A stretch of 64,000 nt of DNA from Nitrospinaceae bacterium (GTDB lineage: Bacteria; Nitrospinota; Nitrospinia; Nitrospinales; Nitrospinaceae). Position 1 is the first letter of the stretch. Each line of letters begins with the position of its first letter. Shown here piece after piece: positions 9,567 through 19,130 of the stretch. Location of the stretch: contig OZ250172.1 of the NCBI GenBank assembly GCA_965237905.1, positions 2,336,001 through 2,400,000 of the forward strand, written 5' to 3'. The position numbers and the translations under genes are program-made. The notes under the pieces are model-generated. The model saw only the letters and a list, made by a program, of their open reading frames with translations. It had not been told where the DNA came from and searched no databases.

Positions 9567-10991
9567 TTAAAAACCCTTTCGAACCATTTTTCCCCAGCCA
9601 CCTTTTTTGCCTGTAAAATATTGGAAAAGGCCCACCAATCTGTACCAGACGGTCAAAGGCCTGTACACAAATACCTCAATAAACGAGAGTGCAATAAGCT
9701 TCATTATCATAGAAGTGTTGGGGTACCGCTGATAGGTCATTTCTTCAAAAATAACGGATCCAATGGAAAGCAAAATATTAAGAACGATGGTGGCTAAAAT
9801 AAACAGATAAATAAGGGGGTAAGCGACCATATTTAACTGCCAGGACACAAAAAATAATAAGAATCCAAATACTTCAATTATGGGACCTAAACCTTCAGCA
9901 AACAAAAAAAATGGATACATCACCAAGCCTATGATTCCATACTTCGGATTAAATAACATTTTTTTGTTGCCCAGCAAACTCTCCAATAATCCCCGTTGCC
10001 ACCGTTTTCTTTGCAGGCCAAGCACATTAAGGGTTTCCGGGGCTTCCGTCCAGCAGACGGGGTCGGGGATAAATGTAATATTGTAGGGTTCCTTCTTTTC
10101 CCTTAACCGGGCATGGAGTCTCAAAACCAGTTCCATGTCTTCCCCCACAGAGGCTGTATTATATCCGCCAATTTCAATCACTTTATCTTTTTTGAAAATT
10201 CCGAAGGCCCCGGAGATGATGATCAAGCCATTGACTAGCGAAAAAGCCATCCTTCCTGCCAGAAAAGACCTGAAATATTCCATTACTTGAAACTTGCCCA
10301 AAAGGCTTTTTGGGAGGCCGATCTTAGTTACTCTTCCGTTAAATATCTCACACCCATTAGCAATTCGAATGGATCCACCCGCGGCTACTGTCGTGTGGTC
10401 TTCTGTAAAAGGACGGACGATCTTCACAAGAACATCCGGTTCCAAAATGGAGTCTGCATCTAAGGAGCATATCAATGGATATTTGGAAATATTAATGCCG
10501 GCATTCAAGGCATCGGCTTTCCCCCCGTTCTCTTTGTCAACCACGGTAAGGTTAGAGTAAGTTGATGACTCATAAATTCCTCTGATATTCTGGGAAGGGA
10601 GCTCTCTTTTGAAAACATTTTTTGTCTTTATCAAATCGAAAGAATTTAATAATTTCTCCAGAGTATTATCGCTGGAACCATCATTGATCAGAATAATTTC
10701 ATATGCCGGGTATTGCAATTGCAGTATTGATTTGAGGCTCTCTACAATAGTCGCTTGTTCGTTATAGGCAGGAACAAGTAATGATACCGGTTTGGCAAAA
10801 GGTGAGAGGAAAAGATTCTTCATCTCCAGGGACCGAACGTGATGAGAGTATTTCTTGATTGCGCGGAATGCGATCATCAACATCAAAATATATACGGTAT
10901 TGATAAAAACAAAATAACCGGTAATGAAATAATTATTGAAACGAATAAAAGGATAGAGGAAGTCTAAGACAGTTTGATCGATTGAGGTCAT
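9567..10991 (-). CDS. Processive GT2 glycosyltransferase (PgaC/IcaA/cellulose-synthase-like)
   Basis: VPAYNE, NDGSSD, ENGGKADALN, DADS, GEDMEL and QRKRW (D,D,D,QxxRW signature), with flanking TM helices. Confidence 0.93.
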   Translation of the reverse strand: MTSIDQTVLDFLYPFIRFNNYFITGYFVFINTVYILMLMIAFRAIKKYSHHVRSLEMKNLFLSPFAKPVSLLVPAYNEQATIVESLKSILQLQYPAYEIILINDGSSDNTLEKLLNSFDLIKTKNVFKRELPSQNIRGIYESSTYSNLTVVDKENGGKADALNAGINISKYPLICSLDADSILEPDVLVKIVRPFTEDHTTVAAGGSIRIANGCEIFNGRVTKIGLPKSLLGKFQVMEYFRSFLAGRMAFSLVNGLIIISGAFGIFKKDKVIEIGGYNTASVGEDMELVLRLHARLREKKEPYNITFIPDPVCWTEAPETLNVLGLQRKRWQRGLLESLLGNKKMLFNPKYGIIGLVMYPFFLFAEGLGPIIEVFGFLLFFVSWQLNMVAYPLIYLFILATIVLNILLSIGSVIFEEMTYQRYPNTSMIMKLIALSFIEVFVYRPLTVWYRLVGLFQYFTGKKGGWGKMVRKGF

Positions 10992-12376
10992 TGAGGCTTG
11001 GATAAAAATTGAGCGATGATACCCTTGGCGAAAGGGTCTCTAGTGTTTTTAAGAAAGTTTTGCAAGCATTTCTTGCCCGCTTCACCCATTTGGGATATTG
11101 CAGATGCGGAGTGAAATCGACACCACCAATCCCTATCTTCAAGTAACCGGGAGATGGGTCTCGCAGTGCTTTCATCCCCGAAAATACCCAGAGCTTTGGC
11201 AGACTGAGCCCTTATGACAGGATGTCCGCTATTCAGGTGATCGAGCAATAGAGGAATCGATTCTTCCGCTTCCAAATGGCCCAAAGCCTTAATCACGCTA
11301 ATCGTTTCTTCAACATTTTTTGAATTCTTTAAAAGATCGATCAGCACGGGCGCTCCTTCCACCCTTTTGATATATCCAATAAAATCGATCATTTTAATCC
11401 TGGCAGGCGCCGGGTATTTTTTATCCTTTTTGCTGAGGACTTCTTCGAGATTGATGGATTCATTATTCTCGTATTTAAGAATAATCTCATCCAATAGCTC
11501 CTCTGCCAAGTCTTCGTCTTCCAGTATAATGCTGACAGCCTTCTTTGAATTTTTCAAGCGGTTAATCAGCTTGGGCCCGCTTTCCGCTCTGGTGATTTGT
11601 TCGATGAGATTGGTGATTTTAAATCTGGCGGGTATGGGATATTTATCGACCTCTTGGCAAAGCAAAGTTTCAAGATTTATAGATCTCTTAAACTTAAGAA
11701 GAACCTCAGCGAACAGCTCCTCGGTAATGAGTTCGTTTTGGAGTAATGTGCTGACCACCTTTTTCATTAATGGGCGATCCCCCATTTTCAATAACGCGCC
11801 GGCGGCATTCAGGGCAACCGTGATTTCTTTATCATGCAATGCTTTGGTAAGATCCTTTATGTTGTTGGAATCCTTGAATACTCCCAACCTTTGAACGGCC
11901 AAGGCCCGTCTCCATGTGGAATTTGAATGTTTTAACTGACGACGCTCCCTTTTGACTACTCCGATTTCTCGTAAAATGTCGGTCATTCTTATCAGGCTGT
12001 CTCCCTTCATGTCATTTAAATAAGGGGTGATAAATTCCCCAAACAGTTCGTACTCACTTTTTTTTATGGTCTTTATTAAAGTTGAGATGTCTGCATCGTC
12101 AAGGATCAAAGGGAGAAAGTTTTGTTCCCAGACAACGAACTTACGGGATTTTAATTTTTGGTATCGATTGAATTTAAACCGTAGATAGATAACATATAAG
12201 AAAAGGAATACGGTGATCCCAATGAGAAGGAAAACAGAAAAAATCAGAGCAGTCGTGACCGGGTATTCCTGGAAGTGTTTATTAAAGGGAAAGAAAACCT
12301 GCTCGTTAATAAACCGCAAAAAGGAATTGTCGATTTTCAGATAACCGTCGAGTTCCCAGAATTTGGGAGAGTCCAT
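10988..12376 (-). CDS. HEAT-repeat protein with N-terminal membrane anchor
   Basis: One TM helix followed by PBS/HEAT-like repeats (RRALAVQRLG, IRAQSAKALG, WWCRFHSASAI). ATGA overlap with the GT2 gene. Confidence 0.85.
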   Translation of the reverse strand: MDSPKFWELDGYLKIDNSFLRFINEQVFFPFNKHFQEYPVTTALIFSVFLLIGITVFLFLYVIYLRFKFNRYQKLKSRKFVVWEQNFLPLILDDADISTLIKTIKKSEYELFGEFITPYLNDMKGDSLIRMTDILREIGVVKRERRQLKHSNSTWRRALAVQRLGVFKDSNNIKDLTKALHDKEITVALNAAGALLKMGDRPLMKKVVSTLLQNELITEELFAEVLLKFKRSINLETLLCQEVDKYPIPARFKITNLIEQITRAESGPKLINRLKNSKKAVSIILEDEDLAEELLDEIILKYENNESINLEEVLSKKDKKYPAPARIKMIDFIGYIKRVEGAPVLIDLLKNSKNVEETISVIKALGHLEAEESIPLLLDHLNSGHPVIRAQSAKALGIFGDESTARPISRLLEDRDWWCRFHSASAISQMGEAGKKCLQNFLKNTRDPFAKGIIAQFLSKPQ

Positions 12377-12456
12377 CGTAGGGAGACGAATTTATTAATA
12401 GGTGAAAAGTGTTGCCATGAGTCTGATCCTGGCAAGTCAGGCAAGGTGTGTTGAAA

Positions 12457-12825
12457 CTAATTTGACTTTAAAGCCCTATTTACCCTTAGTATTAATTCCG
12501 CCGGGCTGAAAGGTTTGGACATATAATCTTGAGCGCCCAGTTCCAATCCTTTGATGATATCCTTTTCCTGGGCTTTTGAAGTCAGCATGATTACAGGGAT
12601 GTCTTTTAATTTGTCATTCGCTTTGACTTTTTTGAGAATTTGAATGCCATCCATATAAGGGACCATAATATCTGAAATAATCAAATCGGGTTTGAATGTT
12701 TTCAATATTTCCAACGCTTTCAACCCATCATTGGCCCATGTCAGGTCATGTTTTTCCTTTTTTAATTTATACTCAATGATCTTCCATATATGGGCGTCAT
12801 CCTCAATGACCAACACTTTTGCCAT
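12457..12825 (-). CDS. Single-domain response regulator (CheY-like receiver)
   Basis: VLVIEDD, DLIISDIMVPYMDG, MLTS and KPFS motifs with no output domain. The ATG at 12825 is preceded by AAGAAGGT (ORF track starts at 12852). Confidence 0.93.
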   Translation of the reverse strand: MAKVLVIEDDAHIWKIIEYKLKKEKHDLTWANDGLKALEILKTFKPDLIISDIMVPYMDGIQILKKVKANDKLKDIPVIMLTSKAQEKDIIKGLELGAQDYMSKPFSPAELILRVNRALKSN

Positions 12826-13131
12826 GGATTTACCTTCTTTAGGGGATGACACGCCATTAACCCTTTAATTTTAGTACTTTAAGGCTTATAAGACAAGTAC
12901 TTATAATTGTAGGGCAAATTCGCAATTTTTAAAAGGCTAGTTTTCGAATAACCCAAAAAAATGGGTTTAGGAGGAAACCCGATTAACGAAAATCCATGCC
13001 TCTCCTGGTCCCCCCCAAACCTTTTGAAAAATATGTATCAATGGACTATCCTGAGTTATGTCTTTGATAATATTCAGCATCCGGCCCCAAAGCGGAAACT
13101 TTGATTGACGGCGACACCTTATAAGTAAAAA

Positions 13132-15753
13132 ATGGAAAAATTAAAGTCGGTTATCCCGGCAGATGTATTGGCAGCGACCCAGGACCGGGTTGTTCGAAAC
13201 GCCTCTTCCAGAGACTATTATTTCTTGAAGCAAGGCGGTGGCGTCACCTTGGGGAATTCTCCCAGGGGCCGATTCGTTTATGGGTTTGATGGTTTTACTT
13301 TATGGTGCCAGGCCGATGGCCATATCTATGCTTCGGATGGCCTGCATCAGCTATTCTCTGCCACCAAAGAAGGAGACGAACCCTCTATCGCCTTTTTTCT
13401 CGACGTGTGGGGGAAGGTGATCTCTCTCCTGCCGACACCTTTTCTGGGTGACGGTGCGCAACGCTACACGGTGTCTGCCATCCATGCGACCTACTATTTT
13501 ACAGAATGGGAGGATATTGCGACCACCGTACGTGTGACGGCCAGCCCGACGAACCAACTGCTTTTTTCTCTCTTCGTTTCATTCCAGAAACCCCGTCAAA
13601 ATTGCCGCCTGTTAACCTATTGCTCTCCTTATGAAAAAGACGAGCTGGGTAAATCGGATGAAGATCGCTGGTTTCTGACGACAAAAACAACAAACCAGAT
13701 CAATCGGGACGGAAAATCAAGAGTCCTGTTTCCCCCTTGTTCCGTAACCGTCTTCGAAGATCCCGATCGATTTACATCGCTCACGCACCAATCGCTTCTC
13801 CGGGGGTCCTGTGCGCTGACTCCCGGAATCAAATTTCAGGACTATGAAAGTACCACCTCGCGCAAAGAGTTTGTTGGCGGCAATAACCGGAATCTGAATA
13901 ACCCCGTTGTTTTTGGAAGGCCACATTTTCCAGAGCAAAGGTCTGAAACGGTCTTTAATGATCAAGGCATATTTTCCAATGCGCTTTTTTTGGAGGCAGA
14001 GGGCCATTCAGCCCTGCGGCTCGATTATATATACCAAAGGGTGTTTAACCCAAGCGATTTGGAGAAGCTCGCCGGTGAGCCGGTAGTTCCCGTGCTTGTG
14101 GATAAAGCTGTTCAGGAAGTGGCGGATGAAACTTCGGGACATCTGCGTTGCCTGAAGATAGAGGGCTCATTTGATAAAAAGTACAGCGAACTCGATGATC
14201 AGGATTTTTTCTCATTTCTGATCACCCTGCAACATCAGGTAGCCGTTTGCTCCAAAATAAAAGGATATATGCAATTGGCCCGAAGATCGCTTGTGGGTAT
14301 CAGGGATGTGTTTCAGGCTTTAGAGGCCTATCTCTATTTCGCCCCGGAAAAAGCCAAAGAAAAAATACTGGAAGCGCTGGGTTACACCTGCTTGAGCGGC
14401 CGGTGCCTGAGGCAATATCTGCCTGGAAGCCCGATTGCAGACACGCGAGAATTTATTGACCAGGGGCTTTGGGTGATCAAAACGATCATCGAGTATGTCA
14501 AGGTAACAGGCGATCAATCCATTCTATCCGAAGAGGCGGGTTACCATGAAATCGTGGAGGACAACCCCTATATAGGAACAGTCAGGCCCATCGAAACCCA
14601 TGAGACGGTGCTCCTGCACTTGTTTAGGATACTTGAATATCTCATTAAAAATATAAATCCAAAAACCCAATTGTTGATGGCGTTGTATGGCGACTGGAAC
14701 GATGCCCTGGACGGTTTGGGTTTTACTGATAAAAAAGGCAAGCAATTCGGGACAGGCACCACTGTTATGGGAAGCCTGCAACTGTACCAAAACTGCAAGG
14801 ACATGATTGAGCTACTGCATTTTCTTGATTTGCAGGATAGCCACAAGGATGAGGTTGGGCTCTATCATAAAACAAAGGAAAAACTTTATTCGGGCCTGGT
14901 AAACAATGCGATCCTGGGTTCGGGTAGCGCAACACGAATCGCCCACGGTTTTGGAGATGGAGCGAAATATACCGTGGGGGGTCCCGAAGATCCTGATGGC
15001 GTTTCTCGATATGGTTTGACGAGTAACGCTTACTGGATAATCAGTGGTATTCACCAGGATGCAAAAACGAAAGAGGGCCTCGATCTGTTGCCCTCTATTG
15101 TGTCGGCTTATGAACAATTGGATGACAAATACGGATTGAGAACGTTTCACCCTGTCTTCGCCCGGGGAACGGAACATTGGTTTGGCCGCATACCCAGACT
15201 TCCTGCCGGTACAGCGGAAAATGGAGCCACCTACAATCACGCGACCCTGTTCGGAATTTGGTCGTTGTTCCAGGCAGGGCAATCCCAGGCGGCGTGGCGG
15301 CAATTGGAAAAAATGTTGCCGTTTACCTCCATACATAACAATTACAATCTCACGCCTTTCGTCATGCCTAATTCCTACATCCATAATATGGAGCAAGGGC
15401 TCGATGGAGAGTCCATGAACGATTGGCAAACGGGAAGCTCCAATGTTCTGCTTAAAATCCTGGTTTGGTATGTCTTCGGGTTTCGTCCGGAATTGAACCA
15501 TTTGAGAATACAGCCCGATCCCCGGAGTCCCCTGACTCAATTCAGCTACAGCGGAACCTACCAGAATAAAAACATCGTCATGAGTTACCAGAAAACCTCG
15601 GAGGTCAAGGAGCGGGTTATCGTTTGCAACGAAAAACCTCTCAAGCTATTTAGGGATGATGCATTAAACGCCCTGGTGGCCGACCTTCCTTGCGGCAAAC
15701 TCAAGAAAGAAAACCAAATCAAAATCTCCGACCCCCTGGTTATGGATCATTAG
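13132..15753 (+). CDS. GH94-like glycoside phosphorylase (cellobiose/chitobiose phosphorylase family)
   Basis: GIRDVFQ, GDWNDALD (catalytic Asp region), ENGATYNHA and WQTGS motifs in an 873-aa protein with no signal peptide. Confidence 0.85.
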   Translation: MEKLKSVIPADVLAATQDRVVRNASSRDYYFLKQGGGVTLGNSPRGRFVYGFDGFTLWCQADGHIYASDGLHQLFSATKEGDEPSIAFFLDVWGKVISLLPTPFLGDGAQRYTVSAIHATYYFTEWEDIATTVRVTASPTNQLLFSLFVSFQKPRQNCRLLTYCSPYEKDELGKSDEDRWFLTTKTTNQINRDGKSRVLFPPCSVTVFEDPDRFTSLTHQSLLRGSCALTPGIKFQDYESTTSRKEFVGGNNRNLNNPVVFGRPHFPEQRSETVFNDQGIFSNALFLEAEGHSALRLDYIYQRVFNPSDLEKLAGEPVVPVLVDKAVQEVADETSGHLRCLKIEGSFDKKYSELDDQDFFSFLITLQHQVAVCSKIKGYMQLARRSLVGIRDVFQALEAYLYFAPEKAKEKILEALGYTCLSGRCLRQYLPGSPIADTREFIDQGLWVIKTIIEYVKVTGDQSILSEEAGYHEIVEDNPYIGTVRPIETHETVLLHLFRILEYLIKNINPKTQLLMALYGDWNDALDGLGFTDKKGKQFGTGTTVMGSLQLYQNCKDMIELLHFLDLQDSHKDEVGLYHKTKEKLYSGLVNNAILGSGSATRIAHGFGDGAKYTVGGPEDPDGVSRYGLTSNAYWIISGIHQDAKTKEGLDLLPSIVSAYEQLDDKYGLRTFHPVFARGTEHWFGRIPRLPAGTAENGATYNHATLFGIWSLFQAGQSQAAWRQLEKMLPFTSIHNNYNLTPFVMPNSYIHNMEQGLDGESMNDWQTGSSNVLLKILVWYVFGFRPELNHLRIQPDPRSPLTQFSYSGTYQNKNIVMSYQKTSEVKERVIVCNEKPLKLFRDDALNALVADLPCGKLKKENQIKISDPLVMDH

Positions 15754-15754
15754 C

Positions 15755-18256
15755 GTGAATAACATTCAAGCCCCACTCCCCCAACTCAATGTATACCTGA
15801 ACTCTGCAGGACAGTGGACCTTTGCTTGCTTTGTGATCCTCCTGTTGGCGTACGCTTATTACCGTTGGAGAATAGGCGAGAAGACGAAAAATGAATCGTA
15901 CTCCGTTGCCGATGAGACCAAACGTTTCACCTGGTTCGTCGCAGGAGGAGCCATCATTGCTACCATGTTTGCCAGTGATACTCCTTTTGTTGTGGGTGAC
16001 TTTATTCGCTCCAGAGGCGGGGTGGGTTGGAATTGGTTCTGGCAAAGCGGATTGATCGCGTTTTCACTCGGAACATTCCTCTATGCCGAGATATGGGTGC
16101 GATTGAGATTATACGCAGACGCCGCACTGCCCTTGCTTCGTTTTGGAGGCAAGCGGGCGAAAATCCTTATGGTAACGCAAAGCCTGGTTGAATTGCTCGC
16201 CAGAAACAATGCGGTCATGGGAACGGTTTGCAAAGCAATGGTCATGGTGGTCCTGTTGGGGTTTAACGTTTCCGGGGTTTACTTTACGTTTGAAGGAATC
16301 GACCTGTTTCCGCATTTCCTGCCTCACGGAGAATCGTACCCTGCCAATGCGTCGCTGACCTTCGCGCCGGAGCCGTTTATTTTCTTTGTGATGCTCGCGC
16401 CCGTTGTCGTGTTCAGCCTCTTCTCGGGCTTCCGTGGGATGGTTCTGGCCGACAATGCTCAAATTATTCTGGCGGCCCTTATGTTTTTTGGAGCCATGAT
16501 TAACATATGGAATGATCACGGAATCGCAGGAACCGTAAACAAGGGCCAGGAAATACTCGCCAGCGGAGAAACCAGAAATTCTCTTGTGAAAGTCAACCGA
16601 TCCCTGTTTGACCGAAGTATCGCCAAGCCCGATCAATTGGTGCGCGAGGGTATTCTTATAGAAACCTCTCACTTGCCGGATGAATATGTTTTCAGCCCGG
16701 ATATTACCGGACTGAACCGGGAGATCATCCTGTCATCGGTCGGTTACGTGACGGAAGACCCCTTTTACCGGTTTTGGGAAACGAACTTTGTCCCCAAACG
16801 CGGGCGGTTCAAAAATCAGGAAACGATCGACCAACTGATCACCGCGGGACTTCTGGATGAACAGTTGTTTCCTCCGAAGCACATAACGAATATAAACGCC
16901 TACATTCTGGAACTCGATAGACACAACATCGAAAAAACGGAAATATGCGCTTCTCTAACCGGACAACGCGTCACCCACCCGGACACCATGGGAAGTTTGA
17001 TGCTCCATTACCCCTTCTCCAGCGAGTTGGTCTACACATTGGTGGGACTGTTCGCCTTGCTCGGTCTCCAGCCTATTTTAGGGTCCTTCATCGGCGGATA
17101 TGCGGTCCAAAGACTCAAGGATTGCAAAAATGAGTTCCACGCGGTCGGCGCAGGACTGTTCCATTCCACCTTCTCATTTGCCCTCAGGTATCATCCCTGG
17201 ACAGTGCTCGGAATAGCATCCCTGTTCCTGGTTCCGTCCATCTATGCCTATGGGGTCCACTTGAACGGAGAGGCGGGCGTCGCCATTGCCGGATTTCTCA
17301 TTTTTGGGACGGGGTTCTTCGGAGGGGCATTCATTTCTGTTGCCTATGGAGCCTATATGTCGACCATGACCAGTCAATTGTTTCATGGCGGTTCTTATAT
17401 CCTCGAATTATGGACGGCCGCCCGAAAAAAGAAAGCCTCTTCCCTTGAAGAATTCGTGGTCGGGAAAGTCGCCATCGTTCTTTTAATTTCCCTTTTACTC
17501 TATTACGTACTGCACGTGGACAACCTGTTGGCCGGTTGGGAGCTTGCGATCGAATTATTGGCGGGAGCCGGTCTTCCCACCGTGTTTATGTTCTGGTATT
17601 GGAGAATCAATTGCTATTCGATTTTGGCCGGGGTGGTTGGTTCTCTTGTGATGTACGTCCTGTTACATGGATTCGGCCCCATCGACGCGTTGGTGGCCTG
17701 GCTGTGGTCCCTCCAGGGGATATGGGATTTCGAATTGACCTACGGCGTTAAAATTTTTCATTACATCTCGGCGTATTTTTTCGGAGACACCTGGTATTTG
17801 GAGGAGGAATCTTTCCGACTGATTATCAGTGTCCTGACCGTCATGCCCCTGTGGATTGCTGTGACCTTCCTGACCGATCCGGAACCGCCGGAGGTGAGAA
17901 GGCGGTTTTTTGCACGGGCCCTGCCGTTCGGTTGGTGGCCGGAAGAAGTGAAGTACTTCAATTATCAGGAACATCACGTCATTTTCCCGTGGAGCAGGCT
18001 GGCCTGCGCCCTCACCACCTCACTGGCTGGAATTTTTCTGATTGTCGGGATCACCAAGCTGGTCTTTGGGGAGATGATCGGTTGGGTCTATATTCCACCG
18101 GCCCTGCTGCTGGGCTTCCTGATATTTAAAATAATGAAAAAAATTAATTTCACGAGACCGCCGATTCCCAAAGAACTGTACGACGCAGTATTCAAAGACT
18201 ACGAATACATCGAAATATTTGCAGAAACCCCAAGGGAAAAAGCGAGAGCGAGTTAA
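15755..18256 (+). CDS. Sodium:solute symporter (SSS) family transporter with a large inserted soluble loop
   Basis: ATMFASDTP, WNWFWQ, QRLKDCKNEFHA, AYMSTMTSQL and FWYWRIN motifs with many TM segments. It starts 1 nt after the GH94 stop. Confidence 0.85.
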   Translation: MNNIQAPLPQLNVYLNSAGQWTFACFVILLLAYAYYRWRIGEKTKNESYSVADETKRFTWFVAGGAIIATMFASDTPFVVGDFIRSRGGVGWNWFWQSGLIAFSLGTFLYAEIWVRLRLYADAALPLLRFGGKRAKILMVTQSLVELLARNNAVMGTVCKAMVMVVLLGFNVSGVYFTFEGIDLFPHFLPHGESYPANASLTFAPEPFIFFVMLAPVVVFSLFSGFRGMVLADNAQIILAALMFFGAMINIWNDHGIAGTVNKGQEILASGETRNSLVKVNRSLFDRSIAKPDQLVREGILIETSHLPDEYVFSPDITGLNREIILSSVGYVTEDPFYRFWETNFVPKRGRFKNQETIDQLITAGLLDEQLFPPKHITNINAYILELDRHNIEKTEICASLTGQRVTHPDTMGSLMLHYPFSSELVYTLVGLFALLGLQPILGSFIGGYAVQRLKDCKNEFHAVGAGLFHSTFSFALRYHPWTVLGIASLFLVPSIYAYGVHLNGEAGVAIAGFLIFGTGFFGGAFISVAYGAYMSTMTSQLFHGGSYILELWTAARKKKASSLEEFVVGKVAIVLLISLLLYYVLHVDNLLAGWELAIELLAGAGLPTVFMFWYWRINCYSILAGVVGSLVMYVLLHGFGPIDALVAWLWSLQGIWDFELTYGVKIFHYISAYFFGDTWYLEEESFRLIISVLTVMPLWIAVTFLTDPEPPEVRRRFFARALPFGWWPEEVKYFNYQEHHVIFPWSRLACALTTSLAGIFLIVGITKLVFGEMIGWVYIPPALLLGFLIFKIMKKINFTRPPIPKELYDAVFKDYEYIEIFAETPREKARAS

Positions 18257-18322
18257 ACTGCACTGCCTTCTTTCCAGGCCATAAATCCTTTGTAATATAG
18301 ATTTCTAAAATTTTCCCGCCAG

Positions 18323-18446
18323 CAAATGCTTTCTCCCCGATTCGTCAAAAGTCGCGATAAAGGGTGCTTCGTCGCTGTCATCTAACCAAATGCGTTTTTC
18401 CCGATTTGTCAATGAATGCGATAAAGGGTGCTTCTTCACCGTCATC
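18323..18446. repeat. Imperfect direct repeat: two 60-bp copies with a 64-bp period
   Basis: 18323-18382 versus 18387-18446, 48/60 identical by manual alignment. Confidence 0.9.
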
Positions 18447-18797
18447 AAGGCCCAGGCCGATGACCATTCGGTCTCGATGATGAGAATCTTTAAAAACTAA
18501 AACCGGAGACTCGTTTGCACCGGCGAGCCGGAAGAGCAGGCGCAATTCCCCCTCATTGTCTGAGAAACCAACAAGTGGAAGTCCTTTTTCCGCTTTTGAA
18601 TAGGAACCATCATAAGTGCCCAGTTGCAACCTTGGTTTTCTATCCGGTCCATAAAGAAAAATCTGGCTGCCTTGGAACACTTTATTATTCGCGGCTTCGG
18701 CCTGGGTGGGAGCCAACCAGAGCTGAGCCAAGGCCCCTCCGGAAAATCCCATAACGAGAATCATTAAAACGAAAAAACCTTTCTTGTAAAAAGTCAT
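18378..18797 (-). CDS. Small exported beta-repeat hypothetical protein (3' end possibly frameshifted)
   Basis: Signal peptide ending AEA, roughly 22-aa repeats of the type P-x-x-x-F-x-D-x-x-G-x-x-R, and a GAGGAG-like RBS upstream. Confidence 0.75.
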   Translation of the reverse strand: MTFYKKGFFVLMILVMGFSGGALAQLWLAPTQAEAANNKVFQGSQIFLYGPDRKPRLQLGTYDGSYSKAEKGLPLVGFSDNEGELRLLFRLAGANESPVLVFKDSHHRDRMVIGLGLDDGEEAPFIAFIDKSGKTHLVR

Positions 18798-19130
18798 ATC
18801 TCCATCTCCTCAATTGAACAGGTTTATACGTCCTGAGTGCTTCCATGGCTCATCTCGTTTTTGCCGGATGCAAGGCAAGTTGACTTGTTTTGATGAAGGG
18901 GACCGCCTATCTCATTCGAAATGCCATAGATGTCTATTTAAGTGTAATGGCTAACACACTGATTTCAAAAGTGTTTTAAATTAGAGAGCTTACCACTTTT
19001 TAGGGAGTTGCCTGAAAGGGTAAAAAAGGCTTTTGAAGCCGGAAATGGCTCGGAACGGAAGGTATTTAATGGTACAATTACAGTTATGGTAAAAATATAA
19101 AACGTGGGCGTTTTTCCCGGAGTTTGTTCG

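Noticed and set aside
9567..10991. Naming the GT2 as pgaC, icaA or bcsA
   Set aside because: The signature is shared across processive GT2 enzymes, and diagnostic partners (PgaB/PgaD, BcsB, PilZ) are not seen.
12860..13130. Short palindromes (AGTACT twice, CTTATAAG) or a riboswitch in the divergent spacer
   Set aside because: The motifs are too short in AT-rich DNA to be significant, and I could not support any riboswitch fold.
18323..18446. Direct repeat as a diversity-generating retroelement TR/VR pair
   Set aside because: Mismatches are not confined to adenines, and no reverse transcriptase is present in the window.
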